Shown here: in pieces, positions 59,433 through 64,000 of the stretch
Numbering within the stretch: position 1 is the first letter of the stretch
How the letters are laid out: each line of letters starts with the position of its first letter
DNA from: Arenimonas sp.
GTDB taxonomy: Bacteria > Pseudomonadota > Gammaproteobacteria > Xanthomonadales > Xanthomonadaceae
Assembly (NCBI RefSeq): GCF_041919775.1
Contig: NZ_JAYRTE010000006.1
Coordinates: forward strand, 13,862-77,861
DNA: 64,000 bases
Direction of reading: 5' to 3'
Position numbers and translations under genes: made by a program
The notes under the pieces: generated by a model
The model's database searches: none
Told to the model about the DNA's origin: nothing
Seen by the model: only the letters and a program-made list of their open reading frames with translations

Positions 59433-60407
59433 CTAGCGACTGGCTTTGCTTGTGGACGCTACGGGTGCGAGCACCTGGGCGATCCTAGATCCGATCCAGC
59501 GCGCGACCGCCGGAGTGACGCTGTTGCCGACAGCGTGATACCGCAGGCTCTCGAGTTTCGGCGAGTCATTCGACATCCCTGCTGGTAGAGTCCACCCCAA
59601 CGGGAAGCCTTGCACGCGTTCCACTTCGGACGACGTAAGTCGGCGAACTCGTCCGTCCGGATACCAGACGTAGTTCCGAGACCAATCAGTGCCCGTGTGC
59701 CGCGCCGACTCAGCGTAAATGCAATGCGCCATCGATTTGGTCATTGGGCCTTTGCGAGGATTTCCAACGATTTTCTGAAAGAGGGAGGCAGGTTTCTTCC
59801 CTGATCGTCCACTCTCCTCAGGATCCCCTTCGCTGCGTTCGGGCTCAAAAAGTATCTTTCCGGCACTGCTTGCGTCTCCAAGCACTCCAACAATGAAGAC
59901 TCGCCTACGTGATTGGGGGACTCCAAAATCTTTGCTGTTAAGCACACGCCACGCGAGACCATACCCGAGCTCGTCCAGCGCCTTGAGTACGATGGCGAAA
60001 TCACGTCCTCGGTGGCTAGTGAGCAGACCGTGGACGTTTTCGAGGACAACGGCTTTTGGAAGCCGCTCTCCCACGAGCTCAGCAAACCGATAAAACAATC
60101 CACTTTGGGCTCCTCCAAGCCCTGCTCTAGCGCCCATTCGCGCCAGTGAAAGGTCTTGGCATGGGAAGCCGCCTGTCCAGACTTCGGCTTCGGGGATTTC
60201 CTCACTTTTGACATCGTTAATATCCTCGCCGCAAGGGACGTCCGCCCAGTGCTGTTTCAGAATCGTCCGACAGAAAGTCTTCTTTTCGCATAAGTAGACG
60301 GTTTCAATCCCAGCATGCTCAAACCCGAGATCGAACCCGCCGATGCCCGAAAAGAAGGACGCGTGTCGTAATCTTTTACCCATTTTCCTAGCGCTACCAT
60401 CAGCCAT
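59433..60407 (-). CDS. DNA (cytosine-5)-methyltransferase
   Basis: Motif I FFSGIGGF, IV GFPCQDLS, VI LENV, VIII QSRRRVFIVG, X GNSVTPAV. Low-GC region. Confidence 0.9.
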   Translation of the reverse strand: MADGSARKMGKRLRHASFFSGIGGFDLGFEHAGIETVYLCEKKTFCRTILKQHWADVPCGEDINDVKSEEIPEAEVWTGGFPCQDLSLARMGARAGLGGAQSGLFYRFAELVGERLPKAVVLENVHGLLTSHRGRDFAIVLKALDELGYGLAWRVLNSKDFGVPQSRRRVFIVGVLGDASSAGKILFEPERSEGDPEESGRSGKKPASLFQKIVGNPRKGPMTKSMAHCIYAESARHTGTDWSRNYVWYPDGRVRRLTSSEVERVQGFPLGWTLPAGMSNDSPKLESLRYHAVGNSVTPAVARWIGSRIAQVLAPVASTSKASR

Positions 60408-60445
60408 AAATCAACGCCTCAAGAGCTTCCAATTTCCAATCCAAT

Positions 60446-61501
60446 ATGGTTCTCTCTCCCCTCGGCGAGAAGAGGGGAATCAATGTGCTCAGTATAAAGT
60501 GGCGCCCGAGCGGCGGTCGCGGAGAGTACGAATACAAGGCTAAGGGCGCGGACGTGCTCGAAAAGCGTATTGATGTCCAGATTCCAGTCACGTTGGTGAT
60601 CATTCCCACTGATGCGCACTTCCGAATAAAAGACGGAAAGCCGAGGCTCAGACGGGAGAATCCTAACGACCGCAGCATTCTCAATGTCCCGCCGCTCGTT
60701 GCGGCGATAGCCGGCTTGCCAGAGCCACGGAGGCAGGACCAAGGGGAGCCGGCTGATCTCCCGTTGTCCTCTAAGTCATACGTGGTGGACGAAATACTTT
60801 TCGACATCGTTAGTTCGGACCAAGCAAGAGTTGTAATTAAGCCTGTGCTTCTAAAGCCACGAAATAGTTTCGAATACGTCGATATCGAAGCACGCATTCA
60901 AGATCTAGTCTCCGCAAAGCAAACTCACCAGGCGGTTGCTGACTTGCTTGTTAAAACCGGCGCTGGCGTTAATGACGCGAAAATTCTCAGCGTTGCAGCA
61001 AACTCAGCGCATGAAGTCTATCCATACAGTGGAGGTGAGGCTTCACTGCACACTCCACCCCCGCAATCAGTTTCCGAAGAAGTGGTCGACGAAATAGTTG
61101 AAGACTACGTGGGAACCGAGGGCAAGGTGAAGGTTCGAATCCATCGGCAGAAAGAGCGTGACAAAAAGCTTGTAAGAATTGCTAAGAAAAAATTCAAGTT
61201 GCAGTTCGGTAAGATCTTTTGCGAATGCTGCGGAATCGACTTTCAAGAGTCATATTCAGAGATCGGCGTGGATTTCATTGAGGCACACCATCGAGTTCCA
61301 ATCAGCCAAGTTGACGAGGGTGCCAAGACCGCCGTCGATGACTTGGCGATGCTTTGCCCCAACTGCCACCGCATGGTTCATAAGACACCCGATTGTTCGA
61401 TCGAATTGGTTCAGGAGCTCATTCAACAGAACAACTCATTCATCAACGCATCCAACGTAGCGCTTCTTGACGAACTGAGCCCCGCAGACCAAGCAGAATA
61501 G
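60446..61501 (+). CDS. HNH nuclease with unrecognised N-terminal domain (putative restriction endonuclease)
   Basis: C-terminal CECCG...EAHHRVPIS...LCPNCHRMVH beta-beta-alpha-Me/HNH with two CxxC pairs. Divergent from the m5C methyltransferase. An alternative GTG start lies at 60485. Confidence 0.7.
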   Translation: MVLSPLGEKRGINVLSIKWRPSGGRGEYEYKAKGADVLEKRIDVQIPVTLVIIPTDAHFRIKDGKPRLRRENPNDRSILNVPPLVAAIAGLPEPRRQDQGEPADLPLSSKSYVVDEILFDIVSSDQARVVIKPVLLKPRNSFEYVDIEARIQDLVSAKQTHQAVADLLVKTGAGVNDAKILSVAANSAHEVYPYSGGEASLHTPPPQSVSEEVVDEIVEDYVGTEGKVKVRIHRQKERDKKLVRIAKKKFKLQFGKIFCECCGIDFQESYSEIGVDFIEAHHRVPISQVDEGAKTAVDDLAMLCPNCHRMVHKTPDCSIELVQELIQQNNSFINASNVALLDELSPADQAE

Positions 61502-61851
61502 AGATTGATGGTCTCATGGGGTGCGACGCTGCACGAGATCAACATCTTGTGGTTGGGATCAAATATTAGCCCCAAGGATTGAGGCTGCATAGTCAGCATT
61601 TTGCCGCGCCGCAGCTAGGGGAACCGCGCCAAGACAGCGGAGTCTATGGAGGCTTTGCGCGGCCTCAACTACCGGCTGGGTCCTATGCCAATTCCGCGGA
61701 CACTTTCAGGAAGATCAGTTCTGTGTGGAAGGAATGACCAAGTGGCGTGCAGCAGAGTTGGCATCACAGCCCTGAATCGCCCGCTCGAAGTCATAAGCAC
61801 GACGGGGCGCCGTGTTCGCAGTTCACTTGCTCTGGTCGCCAAGCGAAAATC

Positions 61852-61876
61852 AAAAAAACCCGCAAAAATGCGGGTT
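61852..61876 (-). terminator. rho-independent terminator downstream of tRNA-Met
   Basis: Stem AACCCGCA / TGCGGGTT with a 4-nt loop. It is followed on the minus strand by a T7 run. Confidence 0.7.
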
Positions 61877-61882
61877 TAGTGA

Positions 61883-61959
61883 TGGTGGCTATGGGTGGAC
61901 TCGAACCACCGACCCCGTCATTATGAGTGACGTGCTCTAACCGGCTGAGCTACATAGCC
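61883..61959 (-). tRNA. tRNA-Met (CAT anticodon, elongator-like)
   Basis: The reverse complement GGCTATGTAGCTCAGCCGGTTAGAGCACGTCACTCATAATGACGGGGTCGGTGGTTCGAGTCCACCCATAGCCACCA folds as a cloverleaf. It closely resembles E. coli metT and encodes the CCA end. Confidence 0.93.
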
Positions 61960-62098
61960 ATCGGCCGCTATCCATTGCGGATAGGGCCGCGTATTGTCCG
62001 GGGCGCGCTCCGGCTTGTCAAACCGGCCCCGCCGGGGCTGCCGGGCCGCGTCTGTCCGGCTTGACGCACGTCATTTTGCGCAAGGGCTGCCCGGCGCG

Positions 62099-62563
62099 AT
62101 GCTGGGCGGGCGCCGACCCGGCGTGTTTCCCGGTGCCCCGCCCGTGCAAGACCCCAAACTACGCGACCAGCTCGTGGCCCTGGCCGAACAGTGCCGCGAA
62201 CAGGCGCATGCGCCGTGGTCGGGCCTGCTGGTGGGCGCGGCGGTGCTGACCCGCGACGGCCGCATGCACGGCGGCTGCAACGTCGAAAGCGCCGCCTTCC
62301 CGCTGGGCGGCTGCGCCGAGCGCCATGCGATCGCCGCGGCGGTGCTGGCCGGTGGGCCCGGCATCGAAGTGGTGGCGGTGGCCATCGCGGCCCGCGACAA
62401 CCGCGGGCGCCTGCTGGCCGTGCCGCCCTGCGGCGGCTGCCGGCAGCTGATCCGCGAATTCGGCAGCCAGGCCGAGGTCGGCTGGCGCGACGCCGCCGGC
62501 ACCTGCAACTGGCACGCCATCGGCCACTTGCTGCCCGAAGCCTTCGAAATGCCCCCGGAATGA
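62099..62563 (+). CDS. cdd: cytidine deaminase
   Basis: CAERHAI and PCGGCRQ zinc-binding motifs. Start uncertain. Confidence 0.8.
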   Translation: MLGGRRPGVFPGAPPVQDPKLRDQLVALAEQCREQAHAPWSGLLVGAAVLTRDGRMHGGCNVESAAFPLGGCAERHAIAAAVLAGGPGIEVVAVAIAARDNRGRLLAVPPCGGCRQLIREFGSQAEVGWRDAAGTCNWHAIGHLLPEAFEMPPE

Positions 62564-62576
62564 GCGGCGCGCGCGC

Positions 62577-63290
62577 CTAGCCCATCGCGGCGGCGGCATC
62601 CAGGGCCAGGCGGATCATGCGGTCCAGGCCGCGCTCGCGTTGTTCCGGGCTGATGGCGGTGTGCGCCAGCAGGTGGTCGGACACCGTCAGCAGCGCGGCT
62701 GCTTCCACGCCGAGGCTCGCCGCCGCGCCGAACAGGCCGGCAGCCTCCATCTCGATACCCAGGATGCCCATGCCCTCGAGCAGGGCATTGAAGCCATCGT
62801 CCGGGTGGTAGAACAGGTCGGTCGAAAAGATGTTGCCCGCATGCAGCGGCAGGCCGGCGGCGTCGGCGGTGTCGGCCAGCGTGCGCAGCATCGGCCAGGA
62901 CGCGGTGGCGGCGAAGTCGTGGCCGCCGAAGCGCTGGCGGTTCGCGCGCGAATCGGTGCCGGCGCCGACGGCCAGGATCAGGTCGCCCAGCGCGACCTTG
63001 TGGCTGACCGCGCCGCAGGTGCCCACGCGCAGCAGCCGGCGCACGCCGTGTTCGCGCACCAGTTCGGTGGCGTAGAGCACGCAGGAAGGAATGCCCATGC
63101 CGCTGCCCATCACCGACAGGCGCTGGCCCTGCCATTGGCCGGTGTAGCCGAACATGCCGCGGGTGGCGGTGACCTCGCGGGCGTCCTGCAGGTAGGCCTG
63201 GGCGATGTGGCGGGCGCGCAGCGGGTCGCCGGGGAACAGCACGGTGGGCGCGAAGTCGCCGGGTCCGGCGTTGATGTGCAGGCTGGGCAT
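62577..63290 (-). CDS. deoD: purine-nucleoside phosphorylase, DeoD type
   Basis: LFPGDPLRA, SVMGSGMGIPS, RVGTCGA and EMEAAGL motifs. GAGGA RBS. Confidence 0.9.
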   Translation of the reverse strand: MPSLHINAGPGDFAPTVLFPGDPLRARHIAQAYLQDAREVTATRGMFGYTGQWQGQRLSVMGSGMGIPSCVLYATELVREHGVRRLLRVGTCGAVSHKVALGDLILAVGAGTDSRANRQRFGGHDFAATASWPMLRTLADTADAAGLPLHAGNIFSTDLFYHPDDGFNALLEGMGILGIEMEAAGLFGAAASLGVEAAALLTVSDHLLAHTAISPEQRERGLDRMIRLALDAAAAMG

Positions 63291-63297
63291 GGTGTCC

Positions 63298-64000
63298 TCA
63301 GAAGGCGGGCTGGCCGTGGCCGAGCGGGGGCAGGCCGAACCAGCGGGCCAGCGTCTGGCCGATGTCGGCGAAGCTGCTGCGCACGCCCGCATTGGCGCCG
63401 CGCAGCCCGGGGCCCCAGGCCAGCAGCGGAATGTGTTCGCGGGTGTGGTCGCTGCCGGGCCAGGTGGGGTCGTTGCCGTGGTCGGCGGTCAGCAGCAGCA
63501 GGTCGTCGGGCCCCAGCGCGGCCATCAGCCGGGGCAGCCAGGCATCGAAGCGTTCCAGCGCACCGGCATAACCGGCGACATCGCGGCGGTGGCCGAACTC
63601 CTGGTCGAAATCGACCAGGTTGGTGAAGACCAGGCTCTGGTCCTTCGCCGTCGCGAACGCGGCCAGCGAAGCTTCCAGCAGGCCCTCCAGCCCGTGGGCC
63701 GAAACCGATTCGCCGACGCCGCGTCCGGCGAAGATGTCGCGGATCTTGCCCACCGCGACCACGTGCCCGCCCGACGACTGCAGCTGGTCGAGCAGGGTCG
63801 GCGTCGGCGGCGGCACGGCGAAGTCGCGCCGGTGCGCGGTGCGCCGGAAGCCGGTTTCCGCCGTGCCTTCGAATGGCCGCGCGATCACCCGGCCGATGCG
63901 CCATTCATCGGCAAGCTGGCGGGCGCCGGCACAGGCTTCGAGCAGCCGCGCCAGCCCGAAGCTTTTTTCGTGGGCGGCGACCTGGATCACCGAGTCGGCG
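63298..64000 (-). CDS. deoB: phosphopentomutase (C-terminal part; gene runs off the window)
   Basis: LLLLTADHGNDPTWPGSDHTREHIPLL motif. The ORF is open at the window edge. Confidence 0.85.
   Translation of the reverse strand, partial: ADSVIQVAAHEKSFGLARLLEACAGARQLADEWRIGRVIARPFEGTAETGFRRTAHRRDFAVPPPTPTLLDQLQSSGGHVVAVGKIRDIFAGRGVGESVSAHGLEGLLEASLAAFATAKDQSLVFTNLVDFDQEFGHRRDVAGYAGALERFDAWLPRLMAALGPDDLLLLTADHGNDPTWPGSDHTREHIPLLAWGPGLRGANAGVRSSFADIGQTLARWFGLPPLGHGQPAF

Noticed and set aside
61502-61851. Possible integrase remnant or att site between the HNH gene and tRNA-Met, including ORF 61646..61879(+).
   Set aside because: All frames on both strands, translated by eye, showed no tyrosine-recombinase motifs (no R…HxxR…Y pattern). 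The listed ORF has an implausible composition and runs into the tRNA terminator.
50500-61882. Direct repeat of the tRNA-Met 3' end (TGGTGGCTATGGGTGGACTCGAACC…) that would delimit the island.
   Set aside because: Only trivial TGGTGG matches (for example near 54017 and 50341) were seen by eye. There is no convincing repeat, and a computational search is needed.

Overview
High-GC (about 65-70% by spot counts) gammaproteobacterial chromosome, Xanthomonadales/Lysobacterales-like by gene content and REP-like repeats (low-confidence guess). Positions 1-50.4 kb and 61.9-64 kb look like core genome. They carry bioD, an RND efflux operon with a terminal TetR gene, queD, recCBD, an MHYT sensor, a Rieske oxygenase plus OYE-type reductase pair, and acnD-prpF with a parDE module wedged between them. 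They also carry an esterase-BVMO fusion, egtBD with a divergent PLP enzyme, a translationally coupled FGase / DUF1704 (MATCAP-like) / ATP-grasp / hypoxanthine-DNA glycosylase chain, a radical-SAM/DUF4130 pair, pyrC, a MOSC protein, an S8 protease, cdd and deoBD. Positions ~50.5-61.9 kb form a decayed, compositionally mosaic island that abuts the 3' end of a tRNA-Met gene. No integrase or att repeat is visible. The island holds a DUF2075 gene stub, three membrane or coiled-coil proteins of unknown function, IS3 and IS30 remnants, and a divergent m5C-methyltransferase/HNH-nuclease pair. It also holds an uncharacterised minus-strand cassette: Zn-ribbon protein, unknown-domain-2H phosphoesterase fusion, SpoT-type HD hydrolase and PcfJ-like protein. 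That cassette is my best candidate for an undescribed system. Other visible lesions are a head-to-head junction of two 5'-truncated sensor genes at ~24.9 kb and a pseudogene with both a premature TAA and a 17-bp tandem duplication at ~42 kb. All family assignments come from motif recognition by eye; no searches were run.
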